NCBI GenBank assembly: GCA_044225175.1
Contig: JBGAJA010000004.1
Coordinates: 81,631 to 145,630 of the forward strand
Length of the DNA stretch: 64,000 nucleotides
Direction of reading: 5' to 3'
Source: Candidatus Omnitrophota bacterium
Lineage (GTDB): Bacteria; Omnitrophota; Gorgyraeia; Zapsychrales; Fredricksoniimonadaceae
The notes beneath the pieces are model-generated. The model did not search any database. It saw only the letters and a program-made list of their open reading frames with translations, and was not told the DNA's origin. Position 1 is the first letter of the stretch. Every line of letters begins with the position of its first letter. A program made the position numbers and the translations under genes. Of this stretch, positions 27,197-36,590 are shown in pieces.

Positions 27197-28312
27197 TCAA
27201 TTTTGCGATACAAAATCCGGCAGCGGTATGGGGGTTATGGTGAGGATATATGGAACTAGGCCGGTTAAATGGGTTAATTCTGCAGGAAGTTGTACATCTC
27301 CTACCTGAGGCATTTGACCCTGTTCTTTGATCTCTGTTTTCAATAAATCTGGGTTTAGATCAATACCTCCCAAGTCTTTATTCTTGGAAACCTGCGCCTG
27401 ATCTGGCGTTGAGCTACCCACATTCAGCTCTAGGGCCGTAATGATTCTTTCTAATCTCTCTTTTCGCAATTGCAATTGTTTCAATGCCTTGTTATCTAGT
27501 TTGGCTTGCGACCCTGCCTCAGACATGTCTTGTTCTATGCGCTCGATGTTTTCTATTACCTCTAACCTCTGCCCTTCGTAAGCAATCAACTTCTCTAATC
27601 TTTCTTTCTCAACTTGGAGTTGATGGGGTTGCTTTTGTAATGCTTCATTTTCAATTGCGTTAACTTTTTGCACTGGCTTAAATATTGTCCAAAGCTTGCT
27701 CTTCTGTCCGCTCAAATATACTGTACGAATTCGACCATCGGCTTGTTCATATGCAGAAGAAATCCAATCATCATGTTCAAGCCTTTCAATAATGGTGTAG
27801 TTTCCCTCCGCTTGTGCTTCCCAAATATAGGCAATAGTATCGCTTACCGTTATTATTCGACCATCCGAAAGTTCTTTTGCTGATCCTACCCTTTCAGGAT
27901 GTTCTAATGGTTTGGTAGCCTCCACCCATTGGACACCTACCTTTTTCCAAATTCTGGCCGTTTGATCTCTGCCTGCTGTCAAAATTCTTCCATCTGATAA
28001 TGCTACTGCATATTTGATTAATTTGGTCGATTCTTGTTTGATGTCCGTAGGGGCATGATTTATCATGCCCTTTAATTGGGTTTGATGAATCAAACCCCTA
28101 CGGTTAGGGTTTTCATCTCCCGCATCCATCACAAAATCAAACTCAAAAGGCCGATTCGCATGCACCTTAAGGCCCTTCAACATAGGCACATTGCTGGCCA
28201 TCGCAACCTCGTAGGTTCGTAAGGGCAGGTTCCCCTGGGCCTGGGCTGGGATTGGGCCTAGACCGGTTATCAAAAAGCTCACCAATGTTAAAATTGAGAA
28301 TGGTTTTTTCAT
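27197..28312 (-). CDS. Modular secreted protein paralog P2 (371 aa): shared N-domain, short DGRI/WD-like repeats, coiled coil, shared C-terminal tail
   Basis: The first ~86 aa are identical to the 36300-36590 ORF. The C-terminal DLGGIDLNPD...PLPDFV tail is shared with P3 and P4. Its start overlaps the P3 stop (ATGA). Confidence 0.7.
   Translation of the reverse strand: MKKPFSILTLVSFLITGLGPIPAQAQGNLPLRTYEVAMASNVPMLKGLKVHANRPFEFDFVMDAGDENPNRRGLIHQTQLKGMINHAPTDIKQESTKLIKYAVALSDGRILTAGRDQTARIWKKVGVQWVEATKPLEHPERVGSAKELSDGRIITVSDTIAYIWEAQAEGNYTIIERLEHDDWISSAYEQADGRIRTVYLSGQKSKLWTIFKPVQKVNAIENEALQKQPHQLQVEKERLEKLIAYEGQRLEVIENIERIEQDMSEAGSQAKLDNKALKQLQLRKERLERIITALELNVGSSTPDQAQVSKNKDLGGIDLNPDLLKTEIKEQGQMPQVGDVQLPAELTHLTGLVPYILTITPIPLPDFVSQN
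28045..28103. repeat. In-frame 59-bp palindromic element CCGTAGGGG-(two hairpins)-CCCCTACGG in the P2 N-domain
   Basis: Inner palindromes catgatttatcatg and gggtttgatgaatcaaaccc. Encodes ...NRRGLIHQTQLKGMINH.... The homologous position in P1 is ~16 aa shorter and lacks it. Confidence 0.6.
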
Positions 28313-31300
28313 GATTTATGGTTTTGCACGAAATCAGGTAACGGCATTGGAGTAATCTTGATAATAAAAGGAACCAGACCAGTTAAATTGCTTAATCCTT
28401 CAGGAAGTTGTGCATCCCCTACCTGAGGCATTTGGCCCTCGGTTTTGATGTCTGTTTTTAATAAATCTGGATTAAGGTCGATACCTCCTAAGTCTCTTGA
28501 GGATTGAGCGGAATCTGTAGGATGTTTTTCAAGTTGTGCTTCAAGGGCCTTAATAAGTTTCTCTAATCTATTTTTTCGTAACTGTAATTGATCAATCTTA
28601 AATTGCTGTGGCAAATCTACTAGATCTTGTCCTAAAACCCCAACATCATCACCCAAAATGAGATAACGCGAATCTTTGCCCTGGTGATAGGCCAATATAT
28701 GTTTGATCATCTGACCGCTATAGGAATCTGTTAAATTCTTAATGAGATCATCACCTAAAGGCTTTTGTCCTTTCTTAAAAGCAAACGCACGCGTGCTGCC
28801 CTTATCATCATGTAAGCTCAAATAAAATGGCGGATCTGACTCCGCAAAATTCAAAACAGAATAAACAGGATAAACTGAATTGATTTTCTGTATTTCATTG
28901 GTCAAGGAATCATTATTTAGCTCAGATCCATCTGCTTTATAACTAAACACGCTACCCTTTCCAATACTCATGAATACTTGTTCTCCATTGTTTTCTCTGA
29001 TGATCACATCATAAATATGATTAGACTTATGTTTGTTGGAGATAGCCAGAGCTAATGGGACTTCATAAATTCTTCTACCGCCCTCCGTATAAACCGCCAC
29101 AAAACCCCTCTCTCCCGCAAATAAAAACCTTCTTTGTCCCTCAATTTGATACTCTAAGACTGTATAAATATCAAATGGCGTAGGAAGTTCTCTTATGGCT
29201 TTAGCCATAGGGTGGTCCACTTCTCTGCCGTCTTTCCCAAACACATAAACTTGTCTCATTTGACCTACAGCCATAAACGATTCTTCCCCTCTCGAACTAA
29301 AGAATGGAAGCACTTTGAATATGGTTAAATCTCCGAATTTACTTTTGATGGCTTGGACTAAAGGATCATTAGGGACTCTTGTTCCATCTTCCTCAAACGT
29401 AGACATCTTCTGACCGGGCGAATATCCCTTAGTTACAATGCGGACACGACCGTCTCTCTTATAGGAAAAAGAATAATGAATTCCATTTATTCCATGGAAA
29501 AATTTGATGGCTTTAGCTAACTTGGAAGCATTGTCTGTTGGAGGTAAAGCATGGATGGGTCTATAGCTTGGCTTGTGGTCAGCGACTAATCCGGCCACAT
29601 GCCATGATGTGACATGACCTCTTTCATCCACAACCTCTAAATGAGTTCCATCCGCAGATATAGATACAGAAATAAAATTATTCGCAGAATGCTTTGATCC
29701 TATCTCTGTTCTTTCTTCCCATACACCCTGATCATTCTTAGTCCATATCCAAATCTTACCCTGACTGCCCACTATGACAAAATAACTACCATCTGGTGAA
29801 ACAGCCACATCATTTCGTCCCCCTGGGGTTAAGCGAACATTCTGCTGAGTTCCTTTGCTATCCCAAATACTAACCTCACGATTACCCATAGCCACAAAAC
29901 TTCCATCAGGAAAAACATCCAATGCTTTATAGCCACTGTAGTAATAAGATTGATTCTTGCCCCATTCCCCATCCTTATTCTTCCAAACATTGATCGAATG
30001 CCTCTCAAGAGTTAAAAAAGATTGACCATCCGCAGAAATCACAAGATCTAATGTGCAATCCTCATGGCCTATCAAGGCTTCTTTGCTTGCTATAACAGAG
30101 GGCTCCCATTGATTACGTTCGTTCTTTTTCCATATTTGAATAAACTCATCTGAGGTAGGAGGAACACCATTATTGCCTGATTCAGGCCTGGTATGTAAAG
30201 TCAAAAAATAGTCCCCTTGAGGAGATATGACAATCTTTTGTAAAAGCCCCACCTCACCCCTTGGATCAAAAGAACGCCTGTTTCCCCATGCCCAACCTCT
30301 TTGACCATCGGCATTATAAATTGTAATGCTTCCGTTCGGATCACTTACATCTTGATTGACCATGAAGCTCCCATCTCGAGCAATGGCCTTTATTCTGGAA
30401 TCTACCTGGGATTTTTCTTGAGGCGAGATCTCATGAAGTGGCAATAACCTTAGAATTTGATTCTTTGCTTCCATTGATTTTAAAGCATCCTCGCGCTCTT
30501 GAGAAATACGGGCCAACTCATCTTCATGGGCAATAATTCTTTCAAGCCATTTTTTCCTTTTTTCTAATACAACAAGGCTGCTTTGCCCTACTCGAGGTCC
30601 TCCCACGTCCCAAATTCTCTCTCGTCCCTTGCCATCTACCGTTACAAAGTAAGTCCCATCAGGAGATATGGCAACGGCTGCTGCGACATCTTCAACCCCT
30701 GGATCTGCAACAGTCCCTAAAAATCTTCCTTCCCCCCATTGACCAGCAGCATTTTTTGTTGATATAAACACCTCTCCTTGAGATCCTACGATGACACAAT
30801 AATTGCCATCTGGAGAAATAGCCACATCCTGGAGGTCCATAAAACGATCTTTGACAATCTGGCCAGAGGATACCCATTCATCATTTGACCTTTTGTTTTC
30901 CCAGACGTGGATAAGACCAGACATCTTATCTGTGACCACAAAACTCTTTCCATCAGGAGCTATAGCGACAGATAGTGAATTGTTTAAAGCTGCAGATATC
31001 TGCTGCTTCCATTGAGGTTCACCTTTAGCATTATAAACTTGCACAGCACTGTTGTTATGGACGACCACAAAAAAACTGCTGTCAGGAGCAATGGCTACAT
31101 CCGTTATTTTATATGAATAAGAACCTACAGAAGTCTCTTGCTTCCACTCATTATTTTTCTGAGATTTTCTCCAAATTTGTACTTTCCCAGATTCAGTTGT
31201 TACAACAAAATAACTTCCATCTGGAGCGATTGCTACGTCAGTCAATTCCCAAGGAGAGTCGTTTAATAGTCTGCGACCTGGCACCCATTTATTCTGACTA

Positions 31301-34300
31301 TTTTTATTCCAAAGCGTAAGAATGCCTATTGCAGTTCCATCTCCAACATCCTTATAACTCGTGGTAAGAAAATACGTACCATCTGGAGATAAAGCAACGG
31401 CTGTTATGTCTTCACGATCACTTGTGTTAATGGGCTCTTCCTGTGTGGACCATGTCCCATCAGCTTCTTTACTGGAAATTCTGACCTTCCCAGCCTGCGT
31501 TACAGAGACATAAAACTTTCCATCAGAGGCCACAGCAACAGCCGCTGTAAAACCATCTCCCTTAGAGTTTAATTCGTGAAATTTGATCTGTTCCGGGACT
31601 AATAATTTCTTAGCTATTTCCCAAATCCTAGCGGCTCCATCATCACTTGATAACACAATATAACGGCCGTCGGGACTATAGGCGGCGGTAGACACCCCAT
31701 ATGGAAATCCTGTTAAAGGCTTTCCTATTTGCTGTCTTGTTTGCACATCCCAAAACCTAACAGATCCATCATCACCTGCTGTCACAATATAACGACTATC
31801 TGGACTAAATACTACGCTCACCACTTCCTTATCAAGTCCTTTTAAAGGCTCACCTATTGGCTGTCTTGTTTGGGCATCCCAAATTCTGACCGGGCCATCA
31901 AAACTTACTGTCACAATATAACGTCCATCAGGACTATAGACTGCTGAGCTGAACACTGAATCATCATGTTCTATTAAAGGCTCACCTATTTGCTGTCTTG
32001 TTTGCGCATCCCAAATCCTAACTGTGCCATCACGACTTGCTGTCATAATATAACGGCCGTCGGGACTATAGGTCGCGGTATAGACCCCATTTGAATGTCC
32101 TTTTAAAGGCTTTCCTATTTGCTGACCTGTTTGTGCATCCCAAATCCGAACAATGCTATCATGACTTGCTGTCACGATATAACGACCGTTTGGACTATAG
32201 GCCGCCGAAGTCAGATAATCCTCATGTCCTGTTAAAGTCTCTATTGGCTGTCTTGTTTGCGCATCCCAAATTGTAGCGGTCCTATCATCACTCGCAGTCA
32301 AAATATAACGACCATCTGGACTAAATACTGCGCTCATCACTAACCCAGAATATACTCTGAAAGGCTCACCTATTTGCTGGCCTGTTTGTGCATCCCAAAT
32401 CCGAACTGTCTTATGATCAGATACTGTCACGATATAACGACCATCGCGACTATAGGCTGCTGATCTCACAAAATCAGTATGTCCTGTTAAAGTCTTGATC
32501 ATCTTTCTTTGATCATCAGGCAAGAGCTCTAATAATCCTCTTTTGCCTTGATTGGCCATGATTTCGTTGATCTGAGCAATGACTTTCTCAAGCTCTTTCT
32601 TCCACTTACTTTCAGGCACAAATGCTGCTTTAACTTTAAGCTCATCTTGCCTTGCCTTTAATCTTTCAATCTCACTAGTAAAGAAATCAATCCCTGCCTG
32701 GAATGGATTATTCTCAACCCCTCCTAATTCTTCTAAATGAGACCTTTGTTCCTCAAGAAGTTTAATCACTCGTCCTATGTCTTCGACAGTATCCTTATGC
32801 CCCTGAACAATTCCTTCAATCGTACTCTTCACCTCTGCCAGTGGGTCGGCACTCATGGCTTGATCTGAGCTACCGGTCTTTGCAGTGTTTGGCTTAAATA
32901 TCTTTGTTGTTATGATCTTTCCTTTTAAATCGTCTGTTAAAAGTCGTCCATCAAGGAGACTTTCCTCTTTAGCAATCAATAGTTCTAATTCTTTTTTTCG
33001 AGCTTCTAATGTGCTTAATTCCTGTTGAAGTACATCTTGTCCATCCTTAGGAACATCGGTATCGGGTGTCTGTGGTTCCAATGGTTTAAAAATCTTCCGA
33101 ATTACGGTTGTAGGATGATCTTTAGTTGTAATGAACACACTCGTTCCATCAGGACTAAATCCAATCACAGCATTAACGGCGTCCCCAAGGGAAAAACTTT
33201 TAATTTCTTCTCCTGTTTCAATGTTCCAAATCTTGGCTGTCCCATCCTTGCTCGCCGTAGCGAGCATTCTTCCATCAGGACTAAAATTAACTGAGTCCAC
33301 AAAATAAGAGTGGCCGTTCCACACCCTTATTGTTTTTCTCTTTATAATGTCCCAAACTATGAGCGTACAGTCAGACCCCGTTGCTATTTGGTTTCCATCC
33401 GGACTAAACGCCATGGAATAGATATTGTTGGGCTGTTCTAATGTTACTTCCCTTCTTCCAGTGTCCACATCCCATATCCTTACCGCTTCTCCCGTAGACA
33501 TTTTAATGGTCGCAGCCACCTGTGTGCCATCTGGACTAAAAGCGACTTTTGAACTAAGAGATGTTTTATATCCCAATAATCTCTTCAGTTCTACCCCTGT
33601 ATTCACATCCCATATTCTGATTTTATCTAAAGTTGCTATAACAATCTTTGTACCATCAGAACTCAAGCTCATTGCTTTAAAATTTGTTATGTTCTCTAAT
33701 GTCCTGATTTTTGTTCCTTTATCAACATCCCATATAATCACTTGGGAATTATTCATCGTAGCTATCCTTGTTTCATCTAAACTAAAAACAGTTCCCCAAC
33801 TTATATAATCTCTTAGCGTGTGAAGTTCTTTTAGATTTGGAACATCCCATATTTTAATTATTCCACCTTTGCGTACTGTGACTGCTCTACTCCATTTTGG
33901 CCCTAAAACCATTGAGTCCGTAATGTATTTTTCATCTGGTAATAGCTCTATGGGTTTAATCTGGTCTTCTGGCAAAATTTCCATTTGTTCTTGGCTTGTT
34001 TGCTTTTCTTTAGATGAAGATTCTTGTCTTTCAATTGGTTTAAATATGTTCCAAATCTCAGATCCGAAAGCATCCACTATAAATATTTTACCTTCCGACA
34101 GTATTTGGGCTGATTTCAGTCCAACCACCTCAGCGGTAACCTCTACCTCCCATTTACGTCTGGATATTTTCTTCCATATCTTGACGGTACGATCCTCACT
34201 CGCTGTGAATATTCGTCCATCTTCCAACATATGAGCTGCAACAACGGTACCGTTATGCCCTAGACTATAGCGATCTTTTTCTTCTAAAGTAGCTTCCACT

Positions 34301-36093
34301 TCCCAGCTTTTGTCTTTGTTCTGACGCCATATTTTAGTTGTCCTGTCATAGCTGGTAGACAATATTCTTCCATCTGGCAGCATCTGAGCTGAATGGACAA
34401 TGTCTTCATGTCCTTTTAATGTAGATTCAACTGACCACTGGTTGAGAGAATCTTCTTTCCAAATCTTGAGTGTCGCATCTTTACATGTTGTTAATATTCT
34501 TCCATCTTTCAGCATTTGCGCAGAGGTGACCCAGTTTGGATGCTCTAAATTAGCAGCCACATCCCATTGATCCGCTGAAGATTCTTTCCATATTTTTGCT
34601 GAGCTATCATCACTTGCTGTTAACAGTCTTCCATCCGGTAACATTTGGATGGAATTAATACCGTACTCATGTCCCTTAGGATTAGTATTCTTTGATTCCA
34701 AAGTAGAAGTAATCTGCCATTTGTTCTTCGATTTCTGCATCCATATTTTGATCTTTCCATCATGACTTCCCATCACAATTCGTCCATCGGGTAACATTTG
34801 GGCCAAACTAATTGAGGTTTCTTCCTTCTTTGGCCATGATAATGTTACGAGAACTTCTAATTGATCCTTTGATGTCCTACGCCATATCTTGACTGTGTTA
34901 TCAATACTTGCCGTTAATATTCGTCCATCTTCTAATATTTGATTTGAAAAAATAAGGTCTAAATGCCCTTTAGGATTTTCATCTTTATCAAAAGAGAACT
35001 TCATCTCTTCATGGGTCCACTGATCTATGGGCAGTATTTCTCTGGGGGCATTAGAATTCTCAATTTTTTGACTAGATTTAATTCCACGTCTCAGTTGCTT
35101 AATTCGAGCGATCACTTGCCCAAGTTCTTCTTTATGCTTGCTCTTAGGAGTAACCGCTGCTTTAAGCTCATCTTGCCTTACCCTTAATCTTTCAATCTCA
35201 CTAGTAAACAAATCAATCCCTGCCTGGAATGGATTATTCTCACCCCCCCCTAATTCTTCTAAATGAGACCTTTGTTCCTCAAGAAGCTTAATCACTCGTC
35301 CTATGTCTTCTACTGTATCCTTATGGCCCTGAACAATTCCCTCAATTGTACTCTTTACATCTGCCAGCGGGTCGTTGGCTGTATTCATGGCTGCATCTTT
35401 AAACTGGCTCTTGATGGCAAATAAATGTGACTTTTCAAAGGATTGCACTGCCCGATCTTGAACATCTTTCGGAACACTTGACCAGTCTTTGTACACCATA
35501 GCCTGGTCTAATGCTGCCTGCGGATTGAATCCTCCAGAGAAGTATTTACGGGCCACCATCTGGCGTTTACCCTGAGCGTCAGTCGAAGGGTCTTCCTTGA
35601 TATAGTTAAACACCCCCTGCTTGTAGGACTTCAAATAATCCTGGAATATCTTCTCTTCTTCCTTAGGATCTTTCTTCTGTAACCCTTGGGTCTTGCCTTT
35701 GTTCACATAGGCTTTAGATAGAACACTCTTTTTTAGCTCTTTCTTGTACCAAGCTGCCAAGACCATGGAATTGACAATCTGGCGTAAGGGGGCAAAGTCT
35801 TTGGATTGGTTGACTGCTTTCTCTAACTCAGGAATCACGATCTCACGGACAATTTGACTACATAAAAAGGTGTCAGACACCTTTTTATCCATCTGCCCGC
35901 TCAAAAGGTGTCTGACACCTTTTTGTGGGCTAAAATAGTCTTCTTCCATCATTACCTTCAATTTCACATCCAACACCCATACTGTGTTGTCTTTCATCAA
36001 AAGTGATGCCTGATCCGGCAATATCCATACCTTGTTAAACGTATTAATCGGCACATTGGTATTCCCATACTTCTCTTGTACCTTCCCATACAC
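28309..36093 (-). CDS. Giant WD40 / beta-propeller repeat protein paralog P3 (2594-aa ORF); the N-terminal domain is separated by frameshifts
   Basis: At least three runs of WD40-type repeats (xDGRILTAS..IKIW; GH..V.S..YSPDGRYIVT...RIWD) and a second repeat type (SPDGSYFVV). Internal duplication of a ~90-aa helical module. Shared C-terminal tail. The ORF begins inside the conserved N-domain. Confidence 0.7.
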   Translation of the reverse strand: MYGKVQEKYGNTNVPINTFNKVWILPDQASLLMKDNTVWVLDVKLKVMMEEDYFSPQKGVRHLLSGQMDKKVSDTFLCSQIVREIVIPELEKAVNQSKDFAPLRQIVNSMVLAAWYKKELKKSVLSKAYVNKGKTQGLQKKDPKEEEKIFQDYLKSYKQGVFNYIKEDPSTDAQGKRQMVARKYFSGGFNPQAALDQAMVYKDWSSVPKDVQDRAVQSFEKSHLFAIKSQFKDAAMNTANDPLADVKSTIEGIVQGHKDTVEDIGRVIKLLEEQRSHLEELGGGENNPFQAGIDLFTSEIERLRVRQDELKAAVTPKSKHKEELGQVIARIKQLRRGIKSSQKIENSNAPREILPIDQWTHEEMKFSFDKDENPKGHLDLIFSNQILEDGRILTASIDNTVKIWRRTSKDQLEVLVTLSWPKKEETSISLAQMLPDGRIVMGSHDGKIKIWMQKSKNKWQITSTLESKNTNPKGHEYGINSIQMLPDGRLLTASDDSSAKIWKESSADQWDVAANLEHPNWVTSAQMLKDGRILTTCKDATLKIWKEDSLNQWSVESTLKGHEDIVHSAQMLPDGRILSTSYDRTTKIWRQNKDKSWEVEATLEEKDRYSLGHNGTVVAAHMLEDGRIFTASEDRTVKIWKKISRRKWEVEVTAEVVGLKSAQILSEGKIFIVDAFGSEIWNIFKPIERQESSSKEKQTSQEQMEILPEDQIKPIELLPDEKYITDSMVLGPKWSRAVTVRKGGIIKIWDVPNLKELHTLRDYISWGTVFSLDETRIATMNNSQVIIWDVDKGTKIRTLENITNFKAMSLSSDGTKIVIATLDKIRIWDVNTGVELKRLLGYKTSLSSKVAFSPDGTQVAATIKMSTGEAVRIWDVDTGRREVTLEQPNNIYSMAFSPDGNQIATGSDCTLIVWDIIKRKTIRVWNGHSYFVDSVNFSPDGRMLATASKDGTAKIWNIETGEEIKSFSLGDAVNAVIGFSPDGTSVFITTKDHPTTVIRKIFKPLEPQTPDTDVPKDGQDVLQQELSTLEARKKELELLIAKEESLLDGRLLTDDLKGKIITTKIFKPNTAKTGSSDQAMSADPLAEVKSTIEGIVQGHKDTVEDIGRVIKLLEEQRSHLEELGGVENNPFQAGIDFFTSEIERLKARQDELKVKAAFVPESKWKKELEKVIAQINEIMANQGKRGLLELLPDDQRKMIKTLTGHTDFVRSAAYSRDGRYIVTVSDHKTVRIWDAQTGQQIGEPFRVYSGLVMSAVFSPDGRYILTASDDRTATIWDAQTRQPIETLTGHEDYLTSAAYSPNGRYIVTASHDSIVRIWDAQTGQQIGKPLKGHSNGVYTATYSPDGRYIMTASRDGTVRIWDAQTRQQIGEPLIEHDDSVFSSAVYSPDGRYIVTVSFDGPVRIWDAQTRQPIGEPLKGLDKEVVSVVFSPDSRYIVTAGDDGSVRFWDVQTRQQIGKPLTGFPYGVSTAAYSPDGRYIVLSSDDGAARIWEIAKKLLVPEQIKFHELNSKGDGFTAAVAVASDGKFYVSVTQAGKVRISSKEADGTWSTQEEPINTSDREDITAVALSPDGTYFLTTSYKDVGDGTAIGILTLWNKNSQNKWVPGRRLLNDSPWELTDVAIAPDGSYFVVTTESGKVQIWRKSQKNNEWKQETSVGSYSYKITDVAIAPDSSFFVVVHNNSAVQVYNAKGEPQWKQQISAALNNSLSVAIAPDGKSFVVTDKMSGLIHVWENKRSNDEWVSSGQIVKDRFMDLQDVAISPDGNYCVIVGSQGEVFISTKNAAGQWGEGRFLGTVADPGVEDVAAAVAISPDGTYFVTVDGKGRERIWDVGGPRVGQSSLVVLEKRKKWLERIIAHEDELARISQEREDALKSMEAKNQILRLLPLHEISPQEKSQVDSRIKAIARDGSFMVNQDVSDPNGSITIYNADGQRGWAWGNRRSFDPRGEVGLLQKIVISPQGDYFLTLHTRPESGNNGVPPTSDEFIQIWKKNERNQWEPSVIASKEALIGHEDCTLDLVISADGQSFLTLERHSINVWKNKDGEWGKNQSYYYSGYKALDVFPDGSFVAMGNREVSIWDSKGTQQNVRLTPGGRNDVAVSPDGSYFVIVGSQGKIWIWTKNDQGVWEERTEIGSKHSANNFISVSISADGTHLEVVDERGHVTSWHVAGLVADHKPSYRPIHALPPTDNASKLAKAIKFFHGINGIHYSFSYKRDGRVRIVTKGYSPGQKMSTFEEDGTRVPNDPLVQAIKSKFGDLTIFKVLPFFSSRGEESFMAVGQMRQVYVFGKDGREVDHPMAKAIRELPTPFDIYTVLEYQIEGQRRFLFAGERGFVAVYTEGGRRIYEVPLALAISNKHKSNHIYDVIIRENNGEQVFMSIGKGSVFSYKADGSELNNDSLTNEIQKINSVYPVYSVLNFAESDPPFYLSLHDDKGSTRAFAFKKGQKPLGDDLIKNLTDSYSGQMIKHILAYHQGKDSRYLILGDDVGVLGQDLVDLPQQFKIDQLQLRKNRLEKLIKALEAQLEKHPTDSAQSSRDLGGIDLNPDLLKTDIKTEGQMPQVGDAQLPEGLSNLTGLVPFIIKITPMPLPDFVQNHKS
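35864..35924. repeat. In-frame pair of AAAAAGGTGTC(A/T)GACACCTTTTT palindromes in P3
   Basis: Copies at 35864-35886 and 35903-35924. Encodes ...KGVRHLLSGQMDKKVSDTFL... Confidence 0.7.
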
Positions 36094-36300
36094 CCTCTTC
36101 CAGAATTCTTTCCTCTATCTTTTCTTCCGGATACAGCAAGGATGCCATGATCTGTTTTAAGATATAGTCCTGATCTAACAGCTTCATCCCCATCACTGTT
36201 TCCCAAAATCCTCTGAGATCATTCGGTCTTTTTCATAGGGACTTAGGTTCACCCATAGGTGGTCATTGGGTATGGCTAAGGTTGAGAGGAAGTATTTGAT
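36093..36300 (-). pseudogene. Frameshifted junction between the P3 N-domain ORF and the main ORF
   Basis: Aligned with the P4 segment 46840-47180, this stretch shows +1 (cc-t-c vs ccc), -1 (ttt vs tttt), -1 (ggg vs gggg, inside the CCGTAGGGG terminus) and -3 differences. All lie in or next to homopolymers. Confidence 0.5.
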
Positions 36301-36590
36301 TAGTTTGGTCGATTCTTGTTTGATGTCCGTAGGGTATGATTTATCATGCCCTTTAATTGGGTTTGATGAATCAAACCCCTACGGTTAGGGTTTTCATCCG
36401 CATCCATCACAAAATCAAACTCAAAAGGCCGATTCGCATGCACCTTAAGGCCCTTCAACATAGGCACATTGCTGGCCATCGCAACCTCGTAGGTTCGTAA
36501 GGGCAGGTTCCCCTGGGCCTGGGCTGGGATTGGGCCTAGACCGGTTATCAAAAAGCTCACCAATGTTAAAATTGAGAATGGTTTTTTCAT
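36300..36590 (-). CDS. N-terminal domain fragment of P3 (96-aa ORF with signal peptide)
   Basis: Identical at the nucleotide level to the 5' end of P2 (27197-28312). Its start overlaps the P4 stop (ATGA). Confidence 0.55.
   Translation of the reverse strand: MKKPFSILTLVSFLITGLGPIPAQAQGNLPLRTYEVAMASNVPMLKGLKVHANRPFEFDFVMDADENPNRRGLIHQTQLKGMINHTLRTSNKNRPN
36327..36384. repeat. In-frame palindromic element copy in P3 (left terminus CCGTAGGG, one G short)
   Basis: Same element as at 28045-28103 and 47086-47144. Confidence 0.6.
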
